DNA of 64,000 nt from the human T2T-CHM13v2.0 reference genome, Homo sapiens: the NCBI RefSeq assembly GCF_009914755.1, contig NC_060948.1, one strand, 5' to 3'. The stretch's first letter is position 1; every line of letters starts with the position of its first letter. Shown piece after piece: positions 14,934 to 27,839 of this stretch. The notes beneath the pieces were generated by a model that was given only the letters and a program-made list of their open reading frames with translations, was not told where the DNA came from and did no database searches. The position numbers and the translations under genes were made by a program.

Positions 14934-15041
14934 ATCATAAATAAATAAAACTACATACTCATATTGCTTATAAAACCAGATGTAGGTATCATAAATAAAT
15001 AAAACTACATACTCATATTGCTTATAAAACCAGATATAGAT
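14934..15041. repeat. 54-bp tandem duplication (2 copies)
   Basis: atcataaataaataaaactacatactcatattgcttataaaaccagat starts at 14934 and again at 14988. Confidence 0.95.
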
Positions 15042-15479
15042 ATCCTCAACAAAATACTGGCAAATTGAGTTCATCAACATTTATAAAAGATGATACACCA
15101 TTATCAAGTAGGATTTATCCCAGGAATAGATGGTTGATTTAATATCTCACAATTAATTTACACAATGTACCATATTAATACAATAAAAGAAAGCAAACAC
15201 AAAATCACCTCAATAAAAACAGAAAAATCATTTAACAATATTTAACATCCGTTTGTAATAAAACCCCCAATAGCTAGGAAGAGAAAGAAACTTCCTGAAC
15301 CCGATAAAGGATATATGAAAGGTTCACAGCTAGAATTATACTTAATGGTGAAAAACTAAATGATTTCCCCATAAGATCAAGAAAAGGTAAGAATAACAAT
15401 ATATTCTTTCACCACTTCTATTCATTATTGTACTGGAGGCTTAACCCATGACAATTGGGCAAGAAAATAAAATTTAAAT

Positions 15480-17620
15480 TATCCAGTTTGAAGGAATGAG
15501 CTAGGAGAGTAAAAGTAATGCAGCAGGAATTGCATCATGGGCATTTGTGCCATTTCCTCATGCAACTTGTTGGTGCCTTCAGGAAATTCATGAGCCCAAT
15601 GTCCTATATGGTATTTCCATTTAAGGGAGTGCTGCTGTGCATGCCCAAATGTATGGCTTTGTGGATCAGACACTCAGGTAATAATGGGCAGCTTAGATCT
15701 CAGGATAATTTGGGGGCTCATATTTGAGCTTTAATCTGTACTTAAGCCTTGTAGCAAGCTGAAATCTTGTTCTTAAAAAGGGAAGAGTTATTGGCAGAGA
15801 AGGGCAAGACTTTGCTTCAAAATCCTAAAGGACCTCACTGTAATTCACCTATAGGGATCTGCCAAAGCCTCCAAACAGCATCTTTCTCTGCCTCTGATAA
15901 TTAAAGCATAATTGAATATTTCAGATGGATCGTATGGCCTAAGTGACAAAACAGCTTTCACATCAACTGTTGCAGAGCTTTCTCTTGTTCTGGTCCCACT
16001 CAAAACTAGCAGCTTTTGAGTAGTACACCCAAATTAGAAATATGTTTTCTCTAAAATCAAAAGAGTCCCATTAGACATTATTACTTATTTTAGGTTTTAG
16101 GAGCGATTGAAGAAAACAATGTATTCTCCACCTTAGAAGGGATATCTCAACATGGCTCACACTATTGAACTCCTAAAAGTTTCTCCGACCTGAGATGTCA
16201 TTGGATTTTTGTTGGATGTATTTTCCACTATCTACCACTCAAACGTTTAATGACAACTTTAGAGTGGCTACTAGGTCTTGTTGACTAGGTCCAATCAGCA
16301 TGATGTCATCAATGTAATGGATCATTGTGATAGCTTATGAAAAGGTGATGTAAATCAAGGTCTGTTTTGACTAAATGATAGGAGTGCAGAGTTTCTATGC
16401 TCCTGAGGCAGAATAATAAAGGTTGCTTCACCAACTCAAGCTGCTTTTGTAAGCCTTTTTTAATAGATATTGAGAAAAACTCATTTACCATATCAATATT
16501 CACATACCAGCTAGAAGAAATATGTTCATTTTCTCAAGCAATTAAACCACATCTGGAACAGTAAAGAGTTGAGTCACTATCTGGTTATGTTTATTATAAT
16601 CTGCTTTCATTCTTCATGATCCATTTACTTTCTATCCAGGACAAATAGGAGAGTTGAATGAAGATATCATAAGAATCACCATGCCTGAATCTTTTAAGTC
16701 CTTGATGATGGGATTAATCTCTGCATTTACTTCAGGAATGCAGTACTGCTTCATGTTCACTATTGTCCTACATACAGACAGTTTTAATGACTTCTATTTG
16801 ACATTTTCTTCCATAGTAGCCCTTACTCCACAGGTCAGAATATCAATGTGGGCATTCTGTTAGGTACTGAGGATGTCTATTCCTATTGTTCATTTTGAGA
16901 AATAAACCATAGAATGGGTTTGAGCACCCACTATACCCACTGTGAGATGGACCTGGGCTAAAACCTCATTACTCACCTGACTCCACAAGCCCTTACTCTG
17001 ACTGGTGGAGCACAGTGACAATTTGCATCTTGTGGAATTAGTGTGACTGTAGAGCCAGTGTCCAGTAGTCACCAAAAAGTCTGTTTACTTATTTTTTCCA
17101 ATACACAATCACCCTAGTAAGAGGGTTATTTGGTTGGTCAGCTGAAACATAGACCAATAAGTTGGTAAATTACTAGAGCCCTTTCTAAGCCCTTGGGCTA
17201 CAACATTGAGTATAGAATCTCTATTATGGGCTAATATTAATAAATTCAACCTGAACCAATTTTATATTCCTGCCGCAATTTTATAAATTTAATTGAATTT
17301 ATAATTTATAAATTTATATTAATATGTAAAATTATATATAATTTAAAATTAATATAATTTAACCATTTATATAATACATAGATGTATTACTTAGTTTATA
17401 ATTTAAAAATTATAATTTTGCAGATTTAATTTACAATATTATATTTCTACACCTTTTCTATACAATTTCTTGAGATTTCTGTGTATTCATTGAAAAAAAT
17501 CTTGCAGTTGTTTTGAAGTGTAGTGCTTCTCCTAGTGCTCCACACTTTGGACCTCACTCTTTAGGACCTGTTAGAACTTGAACATACTTCTAATTCCAGA
17601 AGACACAAATAAAGGTGCTG
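15480..17620 (-). mobile_element. ERV-L internal remnant (protease-RT-RNaseH side of pol)
   Basis: Minus-strand YIDD at 16305-16316; ORF track PEGTNKLHEEMAQMP and LAQVHLTVG match HERV-L pol-like motifs. Confidence 0.85.
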
Positions 17621-17972
17621 TGTGTAGGTTTTGAATAAGTAAATATATATTTATTTATTTACTTGAAGTAATTATCCCACATGATTGTGGTGGCTCACAA
17701 GGGTAAAATCCACAGGGCAGGCCAACAGGTTGGAAACTCTTGGATTTTTTAGTCTTGAGGTACAATTTATTCTTCAGAGATATCTCAGTTTTGCTTATAA
17801 GGTATTTCCACTGATTGGATGATATCTACCCACATTATAGAGAAAAATATCCTTTACTTAAATTCAGGTGATTGTGGATGATAACCATGTCTATAAAATT
17901 CATTCATAGCAATCCCCGGATTAGCATTTGATTGAAAAGCCTAGCTAAGTTGATATGTAAGACAAACCGTAA
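17620..17972 (-). mobile_element. MLT2 (MLT2D-like) ERV-L 5' LTR
   Basis: actgattggatgatatctacccacattat...gcctagctaagttgatatgtaa. Confidence 0.75.
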
Positions 17973-17974
17973 AA

Positions 17975-18470
17975 GCATACAAAAACTTTTACTCAAATGT
18001 TCAATGAAGCATTAATAATAGCCCAAAATTATAAACAACTTATTATCCACTAATGAATTAAGGTGTAAATAAAATGTGGTATATTCATACAATGGAATAT
18101 TATTCAAGCATAAAAATGAATGGACTGCTGATACATATTACAATAAGGATAAACCTTGACAACACTATACTAATTGAAAGAAAGCAGTTGCAAAGGATCA
18201 CCTATTGTATGGTAATATTTATATGTAATGTTCATAATAGCCAAACCTATGGAGACAGAAAGTAGATTAGTGATTGCTTAGGACTGGGGAGGATGGGAGA
18301 ATTAATAAGTGATGGCTAAGAGGTAAGGGGTCTTTTTTGTGGGTAATAAAATGTTCATATTTTAAAATTGTGGTGTTGTATACACAACACACTAAAAGCT
18401 ATTGAATTTGACACTTTCAATAGGTAAATTTTATGGTAAATAAACATATCTCAATAAAGTTGTTAATAAT
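17975..18470 (+). mobile_element. L1MB-like 3' end
   Basis: aatgtggtatattcatacaatggaatattattc...gagacagaaagtagattagtg...atctcaataaag. Confidence 0.8.
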
Positions 18471-18494
18471 GAAAGAACAGTGTGACACAGCTAA

Positions 18495-18685
18495 CAAATA
18501 TAAACTATTAAATTTAGTTAATAATAATGTATCAAAATTGGTTCATCTCTTGTAGAATATTCACAATACTAAAGGTGTTAATAATGGAAAGGACTCTGTA
18601 AAGTTAAGCAAGAATTCTTTGTGCCATCTCAAATTTTCTGTAAATCTAAAGCTGTTCTAAAAATAAAGTAGATTAAAATAAATGC
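18495..18685 (+). mobile_element. L1MC/MD-type 3' UTR, right part
   Basis: tttagttaataataatgtatcaa...ttttctgtaaatctaaagctgttctaaaaataaag continues the consensus broken near 8850/9160. Confidence 0.7.
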
Positions 18686-20014
18686 AACATTCAAATATAA
18701 ATATAACTATGGATGACGTGAGATACTGACAGACTAATTCATTGATTTTTTTTAAGATTGGAAAATAGTCTTATGGTTTAACTTTCACTTAAGAATTTCC
18801 CATGATAATTTTAAAAAAAAGCTTTTGGTTTTACCTAAGTTTCATTTAATGTCTGTCTCTTTTTTGTTGTTGGAATAGCTAGGGATATGTAAGTAAGAAT
18901 TGACAGGGTAGAGAGCCAACAAGTAGGACTTTTCATTTATTTAGGGTTAAGAGTCTCTGCAGATTTCTCAAGGTTGGAATCAGGTAATACTGGAGTCCTC
19001 CTAAAGTGAGCAAGTTAGATGAACAATAGGACAGGTAAGGTTTTAATCATGTTGAGCATCTGGGAGTCAGCAACAATGGAATAGCAGCTAGGAGGGCAAA
19101 TCTAGCTCTCAGAGTCATTCCCATCAAGGGACATCAAAATGTAAATAAATAAATAGCATAGATATGCCCTAATATACAGTAGTGGTTCAACCATATGGAA
19201 GATAATTTCAACATGGAGGTTGAAATGGATCCCAAAGCAATGCAAATTCCAAGGCATATGATCAAGAAATTGAAAATTTTTTGACAGAAAGAGCAAAGAA
19301 AGAAGATTTGGTTTCCAAGCTTATTCATAGGAAAAAAATCTAGGCATGAATTTTCTGCTTAAGTTTCAAGAGTGTTATAGAATTTATGTATACCAAGATT
19401 GAATTCCAACATAGTAAAGATAGTATCTGAAGAACAGCCCTAGAAGTTAGTCAAAGCCAAAATTTAATATCCAGTAAAGAAACAGAAGTTTGTGAAAAGT
19501 GAATACTAGCAATTGCTAAGATAACTCATTCATTTTTAGAACTTTGCCTTTAACTTCTTTGTAATCAATTCCCAAATCTAATTATACTTTAAACCACTCA
19601 CTTGATGTTATATCTAACTGCTTATTGGACATTTTTCTTTGACTGTTAAATGCTTTATCTATGTCTCTTGAGATAATTATATGGCTTCCCTTATTTAGTT
19701 CCTTATTGGTGAAATAAACTGAGTGCTTTTCAAATATTAAACCTTCACTAATATTATATTACTTCATGCATAGTACAAACAATTTATAAGTGTACTTCAA
19801 TTTTTCCCCTCCTGACCCTACAATATATTGCTCCTATGTCTTCTTGCTTGTATTTTCTTTCTTGACCACAAATCTGTTGTTATCCCTATCTTTGTCCCTT
19901 TGTATGTAATGTGTTATTTTTTTGTTGTTGTTATGGCTGCCTTTAATCTTTTTAATTTATCGCTCTATTTTAGCAATTTGATTATGATGTAGCCTTCTGG
20001 CATTCATGAATCAT

Positions 20015-21313
20015 GTGGTAGGAAAACTTTCAGGATGGTCCCCAATGATCCTGCCTCCTGGTGTTCATGTCTTTGTATAATATTGACAATGAACTGAAGC
20101 TAGTAACTCATGTGTGAGAAATTGAATATGGCAACACTAATGGGATGTCAATTTTGAGATGAGGTTTCAAGAATACTGTGGTTTTTGCCTTTAGCACTTT
20201 TCTCTCTTATCATCTCACTCATTTACTCATTTGCTCTGAATGAAGTCAACTGCCATTGAAATGGGAGAGTTCCCGGTCCCCCCTTGCAGGATGTGTGACA
20301 CGGGTGTGGCTTGTCTCTTTGGCTACCATGCATTCAAACCCCTTACATTAGTGGAAACACATGGATGGGCAAGTACAAAAACTGGGGCAAGCACTTTTGG
20401 GCTCAAGCCCCATGGTAGTGTCTAGGGATGGATGCCTGCCACTCTCAAAGCCCCAGTAGGCATGTTGCAGTACTCTTTTAGCTCTGCCTTCCACAGATGG
20501 CTTAAGTGTTCACCAGTTCAGTGCCCTCTTGGTACCCAGGTTCTTGTCCAGTGTCCAGGAAAAATCAGGTCACATGGACAAATTGAAGGATGGCAAATGC
20601 AGGGTATTTTATTGACAGATGGAGGTGGCTCTCAGCAGGATGGATAGGTAGCTGGAAAGGGGATGGAGTGAGATGATTTTCCCCTGAAGTTTGACCATCC
20701 CACAGCTGATCTCTCCAACTATCTCCAGCCGAACTTCTCTGGATGTTCAGATGTTCCTTCTCTTCTCTCTTTCTCTGCCATGCCATTCTGCCACTCTTCT
20801 GCTCAGCTGCTCTTCTGCTCGTGGAGCCTGGGGTTTGGGGTTTATATAGGTACAAGACAGGGGGGCATAGCAGGCCAAAAGGAAACATATGGGTGCAAAA
20901 ATAGGAATGCTTGTTTCCATGTAGGGCCACAGGTTTCCAGGCTTGAGGGTGGGGCCTTTGCTGGGGAACTGCCCTCTTCTACCCAGTATTTTCCTGCTTC
21001 CTGTCCATATCACCAGGTTGTGGCTCTATGAAAAACCACATGGAGCTGATGTTTTAAGCCAGCAAGCAGCAGTGACCTGAGGCCTGCCAATAGCCACGTG
21101 AGTGAGCTTGTGAGAGGAACCATTCTCATTCAAACTTTGATATTACTGAATTCCCTGATGACACTTTCATTGCAACCTTATGAGAAACCCTGAGTCAGAG
21201 TCATCAAACTAAGCTACACCTGAAATTCTAATTCACAGAAACTGAGATAGTAAATGTTTTTTAATTTGCTATGCTTAGGAGTAATTTGTTATGCAGCAAC
21301 ACATAACTAAGTT
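20015..21313 (+). mobile_element. MLT1F-like MaLR LTR, interrupted by LTR1
   Basis: tgtggtagg...gatggtccccaatgatcc start; ctgccat|gttgtg rejoin; gtaatttgttatgcagcaa end. Confidence 0.8.
20257..21012 (-). mobile_element. LTR1 solo LTR (ERV1)
   Basis: Reverse complement starts tgatatggacaggaagcaggaaaatactgggtagaagagggc; TSD ccat/ccag. Confidence 0.85.
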
Positions 21314-21618
21314 ACCTTGGCATAATGTAATAACTTCATGTTTCTTTTGCTTGATGTTAACTCCCTGAATTGGTAGTTTTAGAATTTTCTTTCAGTTTGG
21401 AAAGTTTTCAGCCATTATATTTCAAATATTTTTTTCCTCTAATCCTTTTCTGCTCTTCTCTGAGAATTCCAATTACACATATATTAAGACACTTGAAATT
21501 ACAGTACAGTTCACTGGTTCTCTGCTTTTTTTTTTTTAATCTCTATTATATGCTGGAAAGTTTCTACTGCTATATCTTTAAGTTCATGGATCTCTTATAC
21601 TGCAATGACTGATTTTCT

Positions 21619-21987
21619 GTTGTCGTAGTAAATTCAGGCTGCTATAAAAAATACCATATACTAGGTGGCTTGTGAAGAAACAGAAATTTATTTCTCCCAG
21701 TTCTGAAGGCTGAGAATCTGAGATCAGAGCACCAGCATGGTCAGGTTCTGGTGAGGTTCCTCTTTTGGGTTGCAGGGAGCCACTTTCTTATAATATCCTC
21801 ACATGATAGAGAGAGAGTGAGCTATCCCTTTGGCCTCTTGTTTTTAAGAACACTACTCCCATTTCTGAGGGCTCCATCCTCATGACCTAATTGCCTTCCA
21901 AAGTCTCCACCTTCAAATACCATCATACCGGGGATTAGATTTTAACATATGAATGTGAGTGGGGACACAAACATTCAGTCCTCAACA
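21619..21987 (-). mobile_element. MLT1A-like MaLR solo LTR
   Basis: ggctgctataaaaaataccata...ggggacacaaacattcagtcc. Confidence 0.85.
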
Positions 21988-22002
21988 GCTGCCCATTCTA
22001 TT

Positions 22003-22006
<4 letters not shown>

Positions 22007-22079
<73 letters not shown>

Positions 22080-22305
22080 CATATATACTGAATATATAAT
22101 ATATATATACATGTGTATATATATTTTTATATATATATTTTATATATATATATAAATACATATATATATATACAAATATATATATATTTATTGTATATAT
22201 ATTGTATATATATATACATATATATTTTATATATATACATATATATTTTATATATATACATATATATTTTATATATATACATATATACATATATATATAT
22301 ATATA
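22007..22305. repeat. Compound (TA)n-(CA)n microsatellite and TA-rich 21-bp minisatellite
   Basis: About 21 TA units, a CA tract, then tatatatacatatatatttta-type units. Confidence 0.95.
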
Positions 22306-22306
22306 A

Positions 22307-22488
<182 letters not shown>

Positions 22489-23589
22489 TTGCATTTCTTA
22501 ATCTCAAAGGTTTGATTGGGGTCTTTTAAACATCTTCCATGTCTGTATAAAATAATTATAATTATTTTCTCTAATCTCATAATTCTAAAATCTGTGTCAA
22601 ATCTGGGTCAGTTTCAATTGATTAATTTATCTCTTTAGAATGGGTTAAACTCTTTTGAGTCTTTGCATGCTTAAGAAATTTTTATTGGTTGATGTATACA
22701 TTGTGAATTTTACATTATTCAGTGCTAAATATTTGTGAATTCTTAAAAGCATTTTTGAGCTTCATTCTAGAACACAGTCAACTTACTTGTAAGAGTTTGA
22801 TCCTCTTGAGTCTTGTTTTTAAGGCATTTTAGGCAGGCTCAGAATAATGTTTAGCTTAAGGTTATTTCCCATGAATCATAAAATATACGAATGAGTACTC
22901 CTTCCAATTTTCCATGAATCAAAGACTTTTTTGTCTGTCTTGTGGAAACAGAAACTATTTTTGGTTCTGTGTGACCGCTGAGTACTATCCCCTCTGTTCA
23001 TTTTTGGCAATTCTTTTTCCACCCTAAGGTGGTTGACTTTGTGAATGCCAGTTTTCAGCTGACTATTCAAGATGGACTCTTTGCAGATCTGTAGATTTTT
23101 TTTTCTTTTCAGTTTTCTCCTCTCCAGCACTCTGTCTGAAAAAAATTGAGATGCCTTAACCTTTGTGGATTCTATCTTCAACTCAGAAAGTCTGCTTTGC
23201 TCTTTCTGGCGTCTGGAAACTTTTGCAAAGCAGTAGCTGGTGCAATCAGAGTCTCATTTGTTTATTTATTCTATCTCAAAGATCACTGTCCTCTGTTGTC
23301 TGATGTACAGTGTTTTGTAAAACTGTTGTTTTATATATTTGTCAGTTTTTTGGCTGCTTCATGTATGAGGGTAATTCTGGTTTCTGTACCTCCATCTTGG
23401 CCAGAACTGTAAATTAACACATGCCTAATTTTATTATATACATTTTTTATAATCTTACTTTCTTATTCAGGTTTATTGTTGACTAATTTGTGAGAGACTC
23501 TCTACAACATCTTTTATAGTCAGAATTCTTTTAATATTGTATATATGACTAAGTAGCTGATCATTAAAGTCCTTTGACAGGCACTCATT

Positions 23590-23710
23590 TAAGTTTCTTA
23601 TATTTATTTCTTAGTAAACATCTATTGTGCGTCTACTGTGTGTAGGTGCTATAGAGATTATAGAGACACATTAAATTTACATCCTCTTTCAAAAAGCTTA
23701 TATTCTCATA
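23590..23710 (-). mobile_element. L2 3' fragment
   Basis: gtaaacatctattgtgcgtctactgtgtgtaggtgct...aagcttatattct. Confidence 0.5.
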
Positions 23711-23939
23711 ATCATTAAACAAAACACACTAGATATAAATAAGGCTTATTAGAGAGATATAAGAAATATGCAGAGTTACAAAAATTCAGAGCTACTTGTT
23801 TCTGTGCAAAACCTAAGGGGACTTTCTGCATCCCACAACATTATCATTTAAGATATGCATTTATTAACATATTTGAACAAAATTACTTCTACAAAAATGA
23901 TAATTGCTTGTTGGTTTTTGTATAAAAAATGAATGTGCT

Positions 23940-24037
23940 TATTTCACATTTCATGCCTATATCAGAACATCTCATGTACCCCATAAATATATACACCTAC
24001 TATGTACCCAAAAATATTTTTAAAATTTTTTAAAAAG
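23940..24037 (+). mobile_element. L1MA 3'-terminal fragment
   Basis: catctcatgtaccccataaatatatacacctactatgtaccc. Confidence 0.8.
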
Positions 24038-24076
24038 AAATGGGCCAAACTGTTAGTAATTACTCTATTCTTTTGG

Positions 24077-24571
24077 TGAATTAGGGTTCTTCAGAGAAAC
24101 AAAACAGATAGGATATAGACAGATAGAGAGATAGACAGATAGATAGACAGACAGAGATAGATGAGAGAAGGTTTACCATGGGAATTGACTCACCTGTTTA
24201 TGGAAGCTGAGAATACCCACTGTATACGACCTGCAAGCTCAAGAACCAGCAAAGCTGTTAGCTAAGTCCAAGTTCAAAGGACTGAGAATTTGGGTGGCTG
24301 CTGGTGCAAAGTTTAGATGAGAAGATGGGTGACCCAGCTCCAGAAGAGATAGCAAATTCACCTTTCTTCTGCCTTTTTGAAAATCTGAGCCCTGAATAGA
24401 TTTGGTGCCTGCCCATATTGGATGAGTGCAGATTTTTCTTACCCAGTTTACTGACTATGATGTGAATCTTTCCCCATAACACCTTCACAGACATACCCCA
24501 AAATAATGCTTTACCAGTTATCTGTATTTCTCTTAACCAAGTCAGGTTGATACCTAATATTAACCACCACA
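24077..24571 (-). mobile_element. MLT2 (MLT2B-like) ERV-L 3' LTR
   Basis: ttagggttcttcagagaaac, internal GATA-type repeat, gttgatacctaatattaaccaccaca. Confidence 0.85.
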
Positions 24572-25985
24572 CATCCACTCCTCATCAATGTGGCACCCGT
24601 ACACATCTCCTTAAACCATAATTAATCTCCAAATAAAGACAATAACAATCCCATAGTTGTACCCAACATTACACAGCTACCCTGCTTACAATCATACATG
24701 TACAAATATCTTCCCCAGAAGAGAAGATGAAGTCCTTGAGTGATGTTTACTCTTCTGATATCCCTTAACTTAAATATTATAATTTAAAATTAATACTACT
24801 TTAATACTGATATAAAGTCAATAAATCTTAAGTTTCATGATAAAGGAATAATGGAGAAAAAACAAAGATACTTGATTAATAGATGTACATATATATATAT
24901 ATACACATACTCACATAACATAATGGCATTCTTATCAAAAAGCAGGACATACTCATGACAATTACAGTCTTCAGTACTGTAACCATTCATATGGTCATAG
25001 CTGGTATTTGTAACTATTTTTTTCTACTACACATTCTGTATTCCCTTTGCCTCCAGGAAGCACCTCAGCAAGTGGTAGTTTTTTTAACCTAGTAGGGCGA
25101 TCTAAACCTTCATTTCATAAGAGTCTGAGGTATTTATAGTCCTGCCTGGATTATGTTTTTGCAGTTTCCTATTGACCTTACTCACAGGGCATGGTAGCAC
25201 GTAGAGACACCCTAAAGAATCTACTGTATTCCAGGAATACTCTTTCTTATCTCCATTGTGGAGAAATAGTTCAATTTCCTTTTGATAGTCTGAATCACTT
25301 ACCCCAGCCAACACCATACCTCACTTGACTTACAGACTGAAAGGCATGAGGAGCTGGAAATAACTTGGTAATACTCTTAACTTCCAGTTCAATGGAATCA
25401 CTATTGTGCCTCCCAGTGAAAGCATTTCTTCTTCTGGAACTAAGATCCCTAAGCCGGCAGAGCATAAAATTGTGAAAACAGAAAGCAAAAATTTTGTAAT
25501 TGGTCACTAGGAGTAATTGTGAGTTGTGTCATGCCCATTTCTACATCTTGATTCCTAGACCAGTGAATTCTGGTAATGGGAAAAACAGTATTATATATTG
25601 GACACTGATTTATGGCATATATCCCCTTCTGGAGAACTTTGCCCTAGGTCTCCTAGATATTACCACCTAGTCAGCACTGTTACTGAATATTGAATTGTTA
25701 TAATAAATATTATTAATAATTAATAATTTCAAAAATTATCCCATTGTTCTATCAAGCCATCTGCTTTGGTAAGGTGAAGAACATTGTAATACTAGTAAAG
25801 TTCATGAGCATAAACCCATTGCCACACTTTTTTGACTGTGAAGTTAATTCCTTGGTCAAAAACAATACTGTGTGGAATGCCATAACTATAGATAAAGCAT
25901 TCTATAAGTTCAGGGACGGTAGTTTTGGCAGAAACATTGAGTACAGAATAGGCAAATTTATATTCAGAATAAGTGTCTATTCCAG

Positions 25986-26409
25986 TGTCCTATTTCATTT
26001 ACATTTATCTAAAGAAATACCTGAAGCTGGGCAATGCATAAAGAAAAGAGGTTTATTTGGCTCACTCTTCTGCAAGCTGTATAGGATGCATGGCATGAAC
26101 ATGTGCTTCTGGTTAGAACTTCAGAAAGCTTCCACTTATGATGAAAGGGAAAAAGAAATTGATGTGTGCAGATCACATGGTGAGAAAGAAGCAAGAGAGA
26201 GGGGATAGAGGTGCCGGATTTTTTTTAACGATTGTATCTCACAGGAACTAATAGAGTGAGAAGTCACTCATTACTTCAATAATGGCACCAAGTCTTTCAT
26301 GAAGAATCCACTCACATGACCAAAACACCTCACGCCAGGCCCTACCTTCAACATTGTGGATCAAATTTCAACATGATATTTTGAGGGGACAAATATCTAA
26401 ACTGTATCA
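25986..26409 (-). mobile_element. MSTB-like solo LTR
   Basis: aagaaaagaggtttatttggctcac...tttgaggggacaaatatctaaactgtatca; 5-bp TSD tccag/ttcag. Confidence 0.85.
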
Positions 26410-27171
26410 TTCAGTAAATGCAAAATGCTGGCCCTTCCATGATGGCAGTGGTCCAATGTAATCAACCTACCACCAGGTAGCTGGCTGATCACCCTGGAGA
26501 ATGGTGCTGTACTTGGGGCTCATAATTGGCCTCTGCTGTGACAGATTGGTTACTCAGCAATAGTCACAGCCAATTTGTCCATGGTGAATGCAAGTCCATG
26601 TTGCTGAGCCCATGCAGAAACTCCATCTCTGCCACCAAGGCTACTTTGTTTATGAGCTCATTGGGTGATAACAGAGATGACTGGGAACAAGGCTTGCTGG
26701 TATCAACAATATGGGTCATATTTGATTATTAAACAATCAACTTGATATTAAAATTTTTCTCTGCTGAGGTCATGCTTTGTTAAGCATTCATATGAAACAT
26801 AAACATATTTGTGTTCTTTGTCCATTCAGAGAGGTCTACCCACATACCTCTTCCCCAAATACCTTTGTAAGCAGTTTTTCAATCAAGTTCTTTCCCAGTT
26901 CCATACCATCCAGCCAAAACTTTGGCTATAGTCCATGTGTGGTTATGGAATCTCATATCTGGCCATTTTCCTTTCCAAGCAAAGTACACAATCTCGTGCA
27001 CTGTCTGAAGTCCTGCCCACTTACAAGGTTTTCCTCCACTATTGCCCTTCAGGAATATTCCAGAAAGGGGCTATAGTATGTTAGCTGTTAACTTTGGACT
27101 GCTGCCTGAATATTAAGCAGAAAGATCTGTGAACCAGCCCAATTTTCTTCTTCTGTCAACTAATCATAGGG

Positions 27172-27589
27172 TGTATTAGTTTCTTTGTGTTGCTACACAG
27201 GAATATCTGAAGCTGGTTAACTTATAAGGAAAATAAGTTTATTTGGCTCACAGTTCTGCAGGCTATACATGAACCATAGTGCCAGCATTTGCTTTTGATG
27301 ATGGTTTCAAGAAACTTACAGTCATGGTGGAAAGTGAAGGGAAGCCAGGATGTTACATGGTGAGAGAGGAAGTAAGATAGAGGAGAAGGGGTTGCCGGGC
27401 TCTTTTAAACAACCAGATCTCATGTGAAGTCCTAGAGTGACAGCTCACTCATTACTGCGAGGACAGCACCAAGACACTCATGAGGGATTCACCTCCATGA
27501 TGCAAACTCTTCCATTAGGCCTCACCTCCAACATTGGGGACCACATTTCAATATGAGATTTAGAGGAAATACACATCCAAACCATATTA
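27172..27589 (-). mobile_element. MSTB-like solo LTR
   Basis: tgtattagtttc...cacatccaaaccatatta; perfect 5-bp TSD taggg (27167-27171 / 27590-27594). Confidence 0.85.
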
Positions 27590-27839
27590 TAGGGTACTCC
27601 CCATAACACTATAGGTTGGAGAGAAGGCTGGGAGAAAGAAGTCAGTGTACAGTGTAACAGGAGTAGGAATCACGGACATTTAAGCCACTTCTACATTTAA
27701 CTTACTTGTAGCCTTTACGGACTACTCAGGCCTGATATATATGGAAGAAAAAAGGGTTAATTTAATTTTGCAACTTCATTTATGGATTTTTTTGTGAGAC
27801 AAGGGAAAGAAATATAAAAGATCAGCTTATTTTGTGTGT

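Larger units (their letters stand above)
9165..15480 (+). mobile_element. Old L1M (L1MB-like): 5' region, ORF1, and ORF2 endonuclease to RT, degraded
   Basis: ORF1 motifs (aatctacatatccaagaagctcaac), ORF2 start (gtaaatgtgaatgga), RT region (ggatttatcccaggaat; ccacttctattc). Confidence 0.8.
24572..27745 (-). mobile_element. ERV-L internal remnant (integrase, dUTPase, 3' region)
   Basis: ORF 25102-25317 VLAGVSDSDYQKEIELFLHNG...LPCPVSKVN resembles ERV-L dUTPase; atggcagtggtccaatgtaatc = DYIGPLP on the minus strand (integrase). Confidence 0.85.

Noticed and set aside
17265-17450. AT-rich low-complexity tract inside ERV-L
   Set aside because: Ordinary slippage-derived expansion with no defined unit
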